Positions 13,395-26,357 of a stretch of 64,000 nt of DNA are shown in pieces; position 1 is the first letter of the stretch; every line of letters starts with the position of its first letter. The notes below the pieces were generated by a model. It was not told the origin of the DNA, made no database searches, and saw only the letters and a list, made by a program, of their open reading frames with translations. The position numbers were made by a program, and so were the translations under genes. Source of the stretch: Paramecium tetraurelia (lineage: Eukaryota); NCBI GenBank assembly GCA_000165425.1, contig CT868067.1, positions 1-64,000 of the forward strand, given 5' to 3'.

Positions 13395-13711
13395 ATGAGC
13401 ACAGTTCAAGAAAAGTTTGATCTTGTTTAGAAATTTATTAAATCAGGAAATACAGGAGGAAAGGAGTTGGACAATTCATAGAAATTGTAACTTTATGCTC
13501 TGTTCAAACAAGTGATTATTTCTAAATTTATTTTTAGATTTCTGAAGGACCTTGCAAAGGTTCAGCTCCAAGTAAATTAAAAGTAGTAGAGAGAGCTAAA
13601 TATGATGCTTGGAAAAAGTTAGGAAACATCTCTAAAGAAAAGGCTTAAGAATTATACATTAAAGTAATTGAAGGCGTTTGGCCAAAATGGAATGAAAAAG
13701 CTAAGCTTTGA
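13395..13711 (+). CDS. ACBP: Acyl-CoA-binding protein with C-terminal -AKL
   Basis: KLQLYALFKQ / ISEGPC...RAKYDAWKKLGNISKEKAQELYI; one 3n+2 intron; ends NEKAKL-TGA. Confidence 0.93.
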
Positions 13712-14194
13712 TCAATAACATATATTAATTTTAAAAATAAATATAGAGATACATGGAATAAAAAAATTTTTGGATCTATCTAAAATTCTTATTTAATTTA
13801 ATATAGTTAAAACATTATAAAATGCATCTTGTAGAAGAGTTAAATTAGAAAAGATTAGAATTCAAGCAGATGTGTATTTTCTATTAAAAGCAATTAATTT
13901 CAACACATTTCAAATTTTTATGGTAATGAATACTTATTTCTTAATAAAATAATTTCCAATTTAATCTGATAAATTAAGGATTTATATTAAGTATGAGAAA
14001 AGTTATTGGTGATGATGGGAAAATTATTTGGTAACTACTGTTACAATTTCATAAATCAAAATAATATAGCAATATTTATTGAATTCCTCTAAAAATTCAT
14101 TAATTATTCGATATTTTATATTACTAAAATTCGAGATTTTATTTATTCATGTGAATTTGTAAATGCATATTTATAAAATATATTTCTCTTCATT

Positions 14195-14661
14195 TCAAAT
14201 CAATTCAACAGAGTCTAATATGACTTTGCTTTCCTTATTTGCCACACTTAAGAAAAGACTTAAATCACTAACATATGCTTTTGCCATTCTTGAAACATCC
14301 TTTTGAATAACAATATAGCCTTTTCTTATATGAAATTATTTACTTTAAGTTGGAATATTATTCTCTACATATTCCACCGCTTATCTTCCTTTAAGAGTTC
14401 TGCTTAAAGCTTGCTTTGCGCAATACCAATTGATATCATGAATTTCTGCTCCAGCTAAATTCATTGCCCAGGTTTATTTATTTTCTTTTTTCTTAATCAA
14501 ATTTTACATCTAACAGGATATGCCTTAAAGATTCTTTAATAGTATGGGACTGGCCATTATGAAGTAGACATCACTCTGTCAACAATTGGTCTTTCGTGGA
14601 TAGGTCCCCAAAGAGCTCCAGAGAAGCGTGCCACTGATTTGCTTTGAGCTAGACGAATCAT
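14195..14661 (-). CDS. Mitochondrial protein, probably a ciliate-specific ATP synthase subunit (ATPTT13-like)
   Basis: MIRLAQSKSVARFS presequence-like start; WGPIHERPIVDRVMSTSQWPVPYYQRIFKAYPVR...GRQAVEYVENNI...MAKAYV resembles the Tetrahymena ATPTT13 sequence as I recall it (not searched). Two introns. Confidence 0.7.
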
Positions 14662-14999
14662 TTTTAATTATTTATATAAATTAATTATATATATTTCTAT
14701 TTTAAAATTACATCCACATGATTGTATGGATATTCTAAAATATGAGTATTGTCTTGTTCTTTCTTGAACAATTAACGCTGAGAATAAAAATGAGGAGGAA
14801 ATGCTATGTGGATGTCAAAAAAGGGGAAAAAATAAAATTAAATTAATTTGTTGTAAGTTAATGAGAGATTTGTAATATATTATTAATTACTATACGATTT
14901 TAATGCATTTATTTCACTGGCCAGATTTGGAATTGATATATAATGTATTATTTGATTGTTTATAATTTATATTTATTATATCCAAAAGAATAATTTTTC

Positions 15000-15686
15000 A
15001 TGATGTTGTAAACAAAGAAGTCCAATGTAAAAATTACTGTTGATTAAAAATTCGAGACCTGCATTTAAAAAAATGTGACAGATATCAGGTCTGATCAAGG
15101 AAGTTCTTAGAAGATTCCTGGAAATAGCTATAAGGTAATAAAATTCTAATAAGCAGGTGGAAAAACCCTCTCATTCGGAAGCTAAAACAAAGCAATCAGA
15201 ACCTATCCAAAAATAGATTCCTTCTTTGATAAATTAAAGAAAAATAAGTGATAATTAACATCCTCTAAAACCCACAGAAGTGACAAAATGTTACGTTGAC
15301 AATTCTTAGCTGATACAATAATTAATATAAGAAAATATTAAACTAAAAAAATAAAACTTAGCTAAAGATTCAATCATAAATTAGTTGATAACAAATAATG
15401 ACATTTCCAAAGTAAATCAGTTGAGATCAAGCACATCCTAAACTGAAAGATTATGTAATAAATAAAAGAACTAACAGAACAAGTATAATCATAACTAATA
15501 TCTAGGTAAAAGAATTCACATAAGAGTATGGAAGAACTATCCTCGCTCGGATTCACATTTTGCAATACGGAATAAAAAAATAACTAATTAGATTCTGGAT
15601 AAGTCTCTATAAAATCATCAAAAAGCCCCAATAAATTGCCAAAAGAATTTTTGATAATTCCAAGTCAAAAAAAGTATTTTGTGTGA
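15000..15686 (+). CDS. Hypothetical hydrophilic protein with a short coiled coil
   Basis: MMLQTKKSNVK... open frame with an intron at ~15135-15156; QLIQENIKLKKQN. 3' end approximate. Confidence 0.55.
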
Positions 15687-15761
15687 GTCTTTTGTCAGAT
15701 AGGTTTCAATGAGGAGTAGTTAATTATAATAAAATATTATATATAAAATTAAAATAATTAG

Positions 15762-16992
15762 ATGGGCTCGTGTTGTGCAAACACTACGCAAGATAAAGAA
15801 TCTTTTACTGCTAGTCCAGCTCCAATCTAAATAAGCAACGAGAATTTGGAGGTAAGGGAACCAACGAAAATTAAGGAATCCAATGAAACTCCAAGTTCAC
15901 CCATAAGATCAGAAAAAATCGATGTATTAGTTCATATTAAAATATAGCACAGGAAGAGAATTATGGAAGCATTAAGAGTTACCGTGGTGTGTTGATTGAA
16001 AACACTAATGTATATATGCATTCTTTTAATAGTTTAGATATTTGATGAACAATCCTCACTAGCTCTAACCATATTCAATTCTCTAGGTATTTATGTTAAG
16101 AATTAAAGGTCCGTTTCCATTTCCGATAATCAAAGATCAGACACTTACTTATGCTGGTCCAGTTCAAATCGAGGCAGGGTATTTCTGAAGTAGAAATTAG
16201 ATCCTTTTATATGGGATAATGGTTAGATGGCAAAAGACATGGATTTGGAAAATAGTTATATCCTTTTGGATCAATCTATGAAGGAGAGTGGTACAACGAT
16301 CAATAGTAGGGATATGGGAGAATGGTTCTTCCAAACGGGGATTAGTAAATTATAAGTGTATGATGTAAGTTATGAAGGAGAATGGAGGAGTGATAAGGCT
16401 TGGGGCACTGGAAAATATGTGACCATAGATGGAACTACATACAATGGCGAATGGGTGGATGATAAATAACATGGGGTAACTAAAGATATCTATAATGAGA
16501 AAGGTGTTGAGGAGTGGAAAAATGGTTAAAAATATGAAGGCAATTATTTAAATGGTTAAAAAACTGGATATGGAGTGTTCTATTGGCTGGATGGTTCCAA
16601 ATACGAAGGGGAATTGTTGGATGGAATGCCTCATGGGAATGGGGAATACATTTGGAGGGACGGCAAAAAGGTAAATAGCAAATTGAAATTAGTATAAAGG
16701 AGAATGGATGTTTAATTAGATGCATGGGGATGGAATATATGTTTGGCCTGACGGAAAGATTTACAAGGGGAATGTATACTAATTTTACTAGTCATTTTAG
16801 TTTGAAAAAGACTAAAGAGAAGGGTATGGGGAATTGGATTGGTCAGATGGTAGAATGTATAAAGGTAATTGGAAAAATGGTAAATAACATGGCGAAGGAG
16901 CATTTATTTATAAAAACAAAATAAGAAAAGGAGTTTGGTAAAATGGGTAGCCAACAAAGTGGTGTCAAAGTGAAATATTATCAATATAATGA
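15762..16992 (+). CDS. MORN-repeat protein, N-myristoylation/palmitoylation candidate
   Basis: MGSCCAN start; many YEGEW..D...GYG / YEGELLDGMPHGNG repeats; many tiny introns. Confidence 0.92.
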
Positions 16993-17067
16993 TATACTAT
17001 AATGTTTTAATTTATTCTCAATCAATAGATATAATTTAATTATTAAAGTGAATTCAATTTCAATAGT

Positions 17068-18357
17068 ATGGGGAATTGTGGATGTCTAAAGAGAAATGAT
17101 AAAGAGTTTGATGACTTTGATGATAAACCGATTAAATAAGCACCACCGGCAGTCAAAGAGAATACCGAATAATAGAAACCCACAATATAATTCAGTTCGC
17201 ACTCTGTCCCTCAAAGGCAAAAGATCAAGGAAACTGTGAATCTAAGGAAGTCTCATACTATTGAAGGCGAAAAAAAGCTTAATGATTACACATTAAAATA
17301 GGTTTTAGGTTAAGGTACATTTGGAAAGGTTAGGCTTGCGGAAAAAAATTTATAAAATTATGCTATAAAAATACTAAATAAAAGCAGACTCAAAAAGCAA
17401 AGGGAGTATTACACTGATTCAAATGGAGGTTAAATATTTAATTATCATGGTAGTTGTTAAGATTAAGAATGCATTTTAAAATGTGGCTAAGGAGATTGCT
17501 ATTATGAAGAAGTTACGTCATCCTAATATTATTCGACTTTATGAAATTATTGATTCTCCTAATTCAAATAAAATGTATATGGGTATTCTCTGCTTTTATT
17601 ATCAAAGTAATGGAGTATGCACAAAACGGCTAATTGATTGAATGGAATGAAGATTTAGGATAATTTATTTTAACACATTAAGATTTTAAGCTTACAGAAG
17701 ATAAATTGAGAATAATTTGTAGAGACATTATAAAGGGTATATACCAAAGTATAAATACCCTAATATCAATATAGTGCATGAATTAGGAATAGTGCATAGA
17801 GATCTAAAGCCTTAAAACATTTTATTTGATCAAAAGTTTAGAGCCAAAATCTGTGACTTTGGAGTTTCTCAAATTATAAATGGAGACACTGAGTATTTTG
17901 GTACCAATGGCACCTATTTATTTATGGCTCCTGAGTGTTTTTCAAATGGTTTATTTGATAGAAAAGCAGTTGATATTTGGGCATTTGGAATTTCAATATA
18001 TTCATTTGCTTTCTTAACAGTGCCATTTCTTGCAGTTGAAATTCAAGACATTATGGATTTGATAGAGTAAAATGAGTAAGCAATTGTTATATTAGTAGAA
18101 TTCAATATCCAAATTGTAGAAATGAATTTAAGAATTTTCTGTAGAAATGTCTAAATAAAGATCCAACTCGTAGAGCTACAATCAAAGAATTAGCAAGGGA
18201 TCCATGGTTAAATGAAGGCTAACAGATTCGTTTGCAAGATGAGATCGACCAAAAACTTATGATGATAGAAGTAGATGAGACAGAAATCTAAGAGGCATAT
18301 TCATTGGCTACATTTATTTTAATAAAGAATTGGGTTGCTAAATTGAAGCATTAGTGA
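17068..18357 (+). CDS. Ser/Thr protein kinase, CaMKK-like
   Basis: LNDYTLKQVLGQGTFGKV, YAIK, EIAIMKKLRHPNIIRLYEIIDSP, HRDLKPQN, DFG, GTYLFMAPE, DIWAFG; MGNCGC N-terminus. Confidence 0.92.
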
Positions 18358-18591
18358 TTATAATTTATAATATTTTACACCTCTTCCTCAATCAAATAGA
18401 ATGACATACAAAAATAGACTATTGCTTTTAGATATTTTATTCTGATTCATAAAGCATGTATATATTTCATTCAATAAAGCAATACATCATTTTAATGAAT
18501 ATAGATAAATATTTGAATGTAAAATAATTATTCACTTATTATATCATGCATTTAGTATTATTTGAGTTGATATTAATTATATTTGTCATAA

Positions 18592-19494
18592 ATGAACTCT
18601 AGACCATAGTTATATTAGGCATTTTAGAGTCCAGACGATCTGGTGTATTCGTCCTATACTAGTGAATCAATGGCAATGATAAAACCAAGTGAACAGATAA
18701 AATCACTTTTGCATGGTCGTTTTCAAAATTACTCTAAAAATCAAACAGAACCAGAGGAATACCCAGATTCATTAAATCAATAATGCAGAACAAAGCCTAT
18801 TGCTCAATCTAAAGAAATATAGATTCAGAAATCAATCTAACAATTGAAACAGAAATTGCATCAACAACAACAAGAATTTTATAGCAAAGAATTATTATTG
18901 TAAGAGCAATTGTTGCAAGCATAACTTGAGCATGATAAATTGATGAGATTGGCTAAATAAAAATATGAGTTAATTATTGATAGTCTTAAATAACAGTTAA
19001 AATAAAAGGATGAAGTAATATATGATTTAAATCTGAAATTGAGAGTGTCTCAATCATCATAATAAAAAAGCGATAAATAAATAATTGGAAAACATTCAAA
19101 AAAATCCTCCATTATGACAGGTGAAGAATTAGATTCAGAAGGTGCTTGCACATAGAGAACTTAGAATGTTCCTACTCGTTCCTCAACTTCTCAGCAATAA
19201 AATGATGATAAGCTCTTGAGTCTCTATCGACATGAGATTGACAAATTAAAACACTAAACATTCGAATTTGCATAAAAATTTGAGACTGAAAAAAGAACCA
19301 TTAAAGATGAAATCTCCTTACTCAAGAATCAAAAATTATTACTGCAAACCTTATTGACAACTAAACAGTCTCCGTAATCTGAAAGGAAGTTAACTAAATC
19401 TGAAGCTAAAACCTCGTGCAAAACAAGGAAATAAGAAAACTCGTCCATAAGAATGCCCAAAAATAAAACTAGATAATAGTTAAGATTTGACTGA
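18592..19494 (+). CDS. Hypothetical coiled-coil protein
   Basis: Uninterrupted ~300-codon frame in the ciliate code, Q/E/K-rich heptads. Confidence 0.75.
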
Positions 19495-19567
19495 AGAATT
19501 TGAGATGATATTTATAATTACTAATATGTATATCATAATGTTCCAATATATACATTAACATTATAAT

Positions 19568-20726
19568 TCAATTATTATAAATCCAAAGGCATTTTTATTT
19601 TAGCTGTCACAGAAAATGCAAACTGTATTTTTGTGGCATCTTTAATAAGTAAAATGGCTTCGAACTTTTAATATTATTAAACATCGCTTTCAATATTCTC
19701 ATTATTGAATGTGAAAGTGGGCGAGGGCAGATTCTTCACAATTAACAATTTATATTATTCCAATGTTTATGAATCAAGAGGTTAAAGCGAGTATTCTAAT
19801 GCATTTTTGCTTTTATTGAACATTTGTATGACTACTTATAATTCTGTTTTTTCCTTATTCACATATGATACCTTACCTATTTATAAATAAGGAGCATGGT
19901 CATAATGCAAATTCTAAACGCTATAAGCAAATTTCTTGGAGTTTTTTTCTGGTTATAGAGTCAAAATCAACTTCGAACACTTTCTGCATTTTCTGTTTTT
20001 TCTGCTCAATAACCCTAAAGGTATTGGTAATAATGTTGCATTTTAGGATATAGGATTGTAATCTTGCAATTCAACTTATTTATTATTTAAGTCTAAATTA
20101 TACCTTTATAAAACAGCTTTTAAGTTTTTTTCTTTAACCATCTTATCGATTTCTACATTACTTAAGTGAGTCAAGACTTCGCTTTTTGCCCATGATTATG
20201 TCAATGATTTTAGGACATGTTTATTTTTTTTATTGTATTTTTGTAAGAAAATTACTATTTTCAATACATTTAATTCGATTTTATTATTCTTAAAAGTCCT
20301 TATACTCAGCTTCGTATTCCTGTTTATAAGCATTATTAATTTTAGTATAAACTTATTGAAAATTAGGATCTGCGACTCCAATTGATCTGGTTGTGTAAAA
20401 ACAATATGAACAAGTGAATGCATAATTCTTCTCAGTGTCGATTTGTCTACGCAATACATTTTTGCAAACAGGACTCTCAAAACAAGAACTACAATTAACA
20501 GTCAGATTGGATGTCTCACTTGTAATTTGAACATCTCCACAATTTCTACAATAATAACAAAATATTTCATTTGATGTACAATATCTACACATACTGTTTT
20601 AGCATCTAAGATGAACAAATAATAATACGATAGACAACAGTACATTTCCTCTTATAGAAACTCTCTTCCACATTCACATTGAATTAAAATTAATGGTAAT
20701 TTGGCTATCTTTTTGAATTAAAACAT
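19568..20726 (-). CDS. DCTN4: Dynactin subunit 4 (p62)-like
   Basis: Cys pattern MCRYC..EIFCYYCRNC...CSSCFESPVC...YAFTCSYCFYTTRSIG matches the p62 zinc-binding N-terminus; introns present. Confidence 0.8.
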
Positions 20727-20760
20727 TTTTATGTAATATTTATTTATTTGTTTATTAATA

Positions 20761-21884
20761 TCAAACCTTAATGTTTGAGAAATCTACGCTTTAAACAAGA
20801 GCTAAAGCTTATTCACTGACTCCCAATTCTCTTGTGAATTCATTTTTAGTGTTGGTGTAGATGTCAGTCTCTTCAGCATAAGTGTTATTTTCCAATTCTA
20901 ATTCGGCAGTGTATTATTTTTAATCGGCAGCTCTTTAGTCTCTAAATTCAACCATGGAATCGATTTTTTCTATTATAATAGATGTCATATTTACCATTGG
21001 TAGCAGTCAAATCAACGGTTGCTCTGTCAATTTATCTTCCGAATTCAGAGAATTCATCATCCAATTATTCAAGATAAGCTTCATGATCAATAACATCTTA
21101 AGCTTCTTGGGCTGTTAACTCATTGATTTAATCAACGACTGCATTTCTAAAATCATTAAGAGCATCAACGATAGATTTCAAAACATCTTGATTTGAAAAG
21201 TTTTAATTTGATGCTAAACTAATGAGTGCCTTGATCATTGGTGCCATTCTAGATCTTGATCTCAATTTATTTTCGATGTTTTTCAATGTATTTTAGAATC
21301 TCTTGATTTAGAGTAATGATGGATTGGTCAAGGAAGCCAAAAGACTAAGAGCATCGTCAACTGAAGAAGTAGCATCATTCAATTCAGCAACTTAAGCTTC
21401 GAATGCATCATGCTCTTATCCTCTAACGAGGATAGCTTCATCATAGAGCTTTCTGTTTTCCTCTTAATATCCAATAACGGTATCAATTTTGCTTTAGATT
21501 TGACTTCTTCTTGGATAAAGTAAGTTGTCAAGAGTGTCTTATGTGTTGTTGACGTCTAAGAATTTAATTTTGCTTAATACCTATAACAGCATCTTGAATG
21601 TCTTGTTCAAGACTAATAACAAGTGCATTATGTTCGTTTGTTCTAACTTGAAAATCGAATTCAAGTGTTTCTAATTCCTCCTCTAAGTCATTGATGAGTT
21701 CTTCGATAGCATCAATCAATTCTTAAACTGGACCTCCTGCCATTGAGTGTAACTCAACCAAATGAAGCAATGCGCTTCCATATGTACTCTTTGCTAATTC
21801 AGCTTGGATTTTAGCCATGTTTCTTTCTTAAACTCTAGCTGTAAAGGCTACAGCAATAAGGGCAATCAGTATTATGGATTTCAT
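20761..21884 (-). CDS. Trichocyst matrix protein precursor (T1-like branch)
   Basis: Signal peptide MKSIILIALIAVAFT; YGSALLHLVELHSMAGGPVQELIDAIEELINDLEEEL...RTNEHN; acidic coiled coils; one intron at ~21557-21581. Confidence 0.85.
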
Positions 21885-22733
21885 GAATTAATATTAATCA
21901 AATAAAAACGACTTTGCCTAATTATCAATATCATAAATCAATCACTAAATAATTCTGGTCTTTCTATTCCTAAACAATCAGAAATCCAACAATAACTCGC
22001 TCATTTTTTAGCATTCTCAACCCTCTTATTCACTTCTTCATTTATAAAGCGTTGCTTGCTGACTTATTGCTAAAATTGTCTCAAATCTCTAAAATCATTT
22101 TTACACTTCCCTCTCGTGTATATTATAAAATACTTTGTATTTATGGTTAATACCATCTTTAAAAGTTCTTATAGTATTGGAAATTAGATTTAGACAACTA
22201 AAATAACTTGATAAATCTTTAAAAGTACCCTTAATTTGTTCAATTAGTTTAATTAAAAATCGATAGGATTCAATAAATTTATTGCTGTCTCCTTATACCT
22301 TTATGTCGATTATATATGTAAAATTATCTCAAGTAAATTGTATTATTTATGAAAGAGAGTTCTTTTGTTTAGAAGTTATGAAATTGGTTCGAAATCTAAT
22401 TAATCTGAATTAAATTAGGTCTCATTTTATATTATGATACTTTTTAATGTTTTTGGATTCATAAGATAAAAGATGAATTTTTGAATTATAAACAAAGAAT
22501 TTTAAAACCAATTGTTCTTAATTTTGGATTTTAAAATAGAAAAAAAAATATACTAGCAAGGTTTCATTCTTAATTCCTCTTTCCTAATTAACCTAAGTTA
22601 TTTTAGAATTTCTGGTTCCGTACATAAATATTGTTATTACTCAAATTTATTTTAATCATAATATGTGAATAAATATTTTAATCTACCAATTTTTCAAATG
22701 TCCAGATGTTTAGACTTCTCATTTTTCTCAAAT

Positions 22734-22785
22734 ATTATGTTTAAAGACTTGTTATTGATAACATTATGTTTAAAGACTTGTTATT
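22734..22785. repeat. Direct duplication of a 23-nt unit, period 29
   Basis: attatgtttaaagacttgttatt at 22734 and 22763. Confidence 0.9.
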
Positions 22786-22826
22786 ATTAATATATAATAT
22801 TAATTCTCATTATTTAAATAATAAAC

Positions 22827-23640
22827 TCAGAATTTCACTACAGTCTTTACGCTGTAGTTCTTATATAATTCAGCCACAACCTTATTCATGGCAGTGGGCC
22901 CACAAAAAGTGCCTATAGTATCATTATTGGGCGAAGGGAAGACTTATTTTAACACATCCAAAGTTACATACCCTTATAATCCTTTATATACTGGTTCTTT
23001 ATCTAAAATATGAGTGACTTTTAAATTAGGGCACTCATTTTGGAACTTAGTTAATTAGTCTTTTAATAAAATATCTTAAGATGTTTTGTTTGCATATAAT
23101 AGATGCATTTGAAGTGGGTCTTTATTTTGGCAAACATATTTGATTATAGAGAAAGCAGGTGTAATACCTGTTCCTCCACAAATCATTAACATAGTTTTAA
23201 AAACTTAAAATTGTTTATTGATTTTGGGGCTAAATAACAAAATTATTTTACGCTATTATAAATTTATTAGCTCCAATATATGCTAACTTGCCAATTTTTC
23301 TTTACATTTATAATTTGCTATTGATATTCAACTTTGCTAAAATAGGAGTCAATGATCCTTATGGATAAATTTTTATTGGCACTTCAAAATAGCGCTAATT
23401 GTAAAATCAAAACAAACCTTTTAGGAGAGAATTGGAGTATAGTTTCTATTTATATCAATCCCATCTGAATCTTTCATTCTTGGATAAACGAATAAAAATT
23501 TACAGGATCTGAAAATGTTCAGCCGGTTCTAATTAGATATCGACTTCACTCTAAAAACCAAACAAATAGGTATCATGAGTAATTTAGTCTTTTTTCACTA
23601 AAGTGGTCTCAAAGGTTTTATCGTAATCTATAGAACTCAT
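22827..23640 (-). CDS. NADH-cytochrome b5 reductase family, no obvious N-terminal membrane anchor
   Basis: ITHDTYLFGF, RNYTP, IKIYPQGSLT, MICGGTGITP, LLYANKTSQDILL, CGPTAM. Confidence 0.92.
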
Positions 23641-23662
23641 TTATTTATATTATAATAATTTT

Positions 23663-24364
23663 TCACTTTTAGGCTTCCTTTTCCTTTTCTTTTTCTTTTC
23701 CTTATTTTACAACTTTCTAGTCCGATTTATCTTTATTTTCATCTTTGTTCTAATCGTCCTTTGTGGCCACTTCATCAATCAATTTTTAGACTTTCATAAT
23801 AGGTTTTTTGGTCACTACTGTAATTTGAAATGTTGTGTAATCTTGCAATTCTGGACTGTAGAAGTTTTCAATTTATAATGTAAATTATCCATAGGTAGTT
23901 ATTTTGTTAACCATTGACAACAAATGATTTTTTGTAACCTATGGTAAATTTGCTTAAATAATACTTGTAATTTGAATCTTTATTGAACTTCCTCAATAAT
24001 TAATTTGTCATCTATTGGATCTTTAAGAAGACTTGGATTTGAAAATTTAGGAGGTCGTACAAATTCTAAATGGATTCCTGCAATTTTTTGTTAAAACAAT
24101 TTAATATCCTTTCTTCTTTGAATTTTATTTTCTAACTTCTCTTCATCAAGGTCAGGTAATAATCTACAATTCAAATTTTTGAATTAAATACCTTCTTCTA
24201 TATCCTGGCAGATTCTAATATGCTATGGCCCTTGGGAAGAGATATTTCTCAAAAAATCCTGGTTTCACAATGCGTACTTCCCCTTAAAACCCTTGTACGC
24301 AATCTTTTAAAAAAAATATTTCCATTCTCTATTTTGAGAAGAAGTATTGTAAACCCCTTTTCAT
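23663..24364 (-). CDS. Mitochondrial ribosomal protein bL9-like
   Basis: MKRGLQYFFSKQR presequence-like start, then MEIFFLKDCVQGFQGEVRIVKPGFFEKYLFPRAIA, an L9 N-terminal pattern. Confidence 0.72.
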
Positions 24365-24409
24365 TAAATTTAATTACAGTATATTATTTATTGGAATTTA
24401 ATTTAAATT

Positions 24410-25951
24410 ATGGAAGGTATCATAACTTAATTTGGCATTTTATTTCTCCTAATAGCTCTCTTCATTTTTGATGGACTATTCAAATTAGTGCCACTCTATG
24501 CTATCATAGCCGAAGTCTATTCATTATATTTGGATAGCTAAAAAATAATACCTCAATAGAAAGAGTTGACTAAAAATTAAAAATTGACTTGGTAAGAATT
24601 GAAGAAGCATGACAACTAATCCTCAGCCTATGTAGCAATTAAAGGAAAAGTATATGATGTTACCTCATTTTTGAACAGCCATCCTGGAGGAAGGGAATTT
24701 TTATTGTTGAATTGTGGAAGAGATGCTACTCTTGCATTTCAATCATATCATCCCTTTTCTGATAAACCTGAGAAATTACTCGAGAAATATTTGATTGGAG
24801 ATCTTTTGACGACTGAGTGGCCAACCTTCAAGCCAGACTCTGGATTTTATAAGGAATGCACTGAGAGAGTTAAGAAATATTTTTAGTCCAAAGGTATAAA
24901 TCCTAAAACTCCAATCCCAGGACTTGTCAGAGCAATTCCTTTGTGGATTTGTTTCTTTTATACATTTTATTTAACATTTGTAAGTGATTCACTTGGCTTA
25001 ACCAAAAGAATTTTAATAGGCACCATTTTTGGTATTTTATAAGCATTAAATACTTTACATTTAATGCATGATGCATCTCATGGGGCTGTTGGAAACAATG
25101 AAAAATGGTGGTGGTTCTTTGGTAGACTTACCTTAGATTATATATCTGGATCATCTATGGTGGCATGGTAGAATTAACATGTCGTTGGACATCATTAATA
25201 CACAAATATTATGGGATCAGATCCAGATATCCCTTAATTGAAAGAAGGAGATGTTAGAAGACTAGTCAAAGAATAAATTTGGAGTGCTATGTATAAATAT
25301 TAGCATTTGTACATGCCTTTTCTATATGGTTTATTATCACTTAGATCTAGATATTATGATGTTTTTGAAATATTTTTAAAGGAAACTGATGGTCCTGTTA
25401 AGGTTAATCCAATATCTTTATAGGATAAGTTAAGATAAGCTAGTAGTAAACTACTATGGCTATTTTGGAGATACTTTTTGCCTGTTTAAGTTTTTGGAAT
25501 GAGTTAATGCTAATTTTGGTTCCTTTTCATATATGTGGAATTCATAACTGGATATTGGTTGGCTATTAATTTCTAGGTTTCTCATGTGTCAGATGAGGCT
25601 GAATTCTTCTATAATAATATTGATAAGGCAGTTAAAAATGGTACAAATGAACAATGGCCAATTGAATGGGCTGTTCTATAAATTAAGAGTTCAGTGGATT
25701 ATAGTCATGGTAATTGGCTTATGACTTACTTATGTGGAGCCTTGAATTATTAAGTCGTTCATCATCTATATCCAGGAGTGAGTCAATACTTATATCCAGA
25801 AATAGCTCCTATTGTTTTAGAGGTTTGTAAAAAATATAATCTTAAATATAACCTCCTTCCTGGATTCAAGGAAGCATGGAATGGTCATTTTAATCATTTA
25901 AAAAACATGGGTAAACAAAATAAATTTGTTGGTTTTGCCAAAATGGAATGA
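24410..25951 (+). CDS. Front-end fatty acid desaturase with fused cytochrome b5 (Delta-5-like)
   Basis: Intronless 513-aa frame; HPGG heme motif; His boxes HDASH, QHVVGHH, QVVHHLYP. Confidence 0.95.
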
Positions 25952-26357
25952 TTAATTCTATTTTAAAAAATAACAAAATTATTATATCTTTTAATTATAC
26001 AATCTTATATTAATAATATTATATAAGTAAAATATTATTATTAATGATAAACATTATTTTTATTCATTTAAAGATTCCTCTAGTACCTAACTCAAATATT
26101 CTTTAAAGGAATTTCATGAAATTAATATTTAACTTTAGAAAAGAGATAGTATTCCCAATCATTCTTTCTAATAATGCTCATGACATAGGTCGATATCAAA
26201 TTTCTTTGGTTCCCATAAATTTCAATCCCCTATTGGAGTATAAGTAATATATATAAAATGATATGTCAAACTAATAGTGAGAATTCAACAAATTATGTTA
26301 TTAATAAAGATTATTATTAAAATGGTTTATAGGACATTATAATATTAATTATATTAT

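Noticed and set aside
14718..14864. 48-codon ORF upstream of the ATP synthase subunit gene
   Set aside because: No recognisable features; short TGA-free frames are common with a single stop codon. More likely promoter DNA.
22734..22785. 23-nt direct repeat as a regulatory or mobile element
   Set aside because: Only two copies, in a 3' flank; consistent with a simple slippage duplication.
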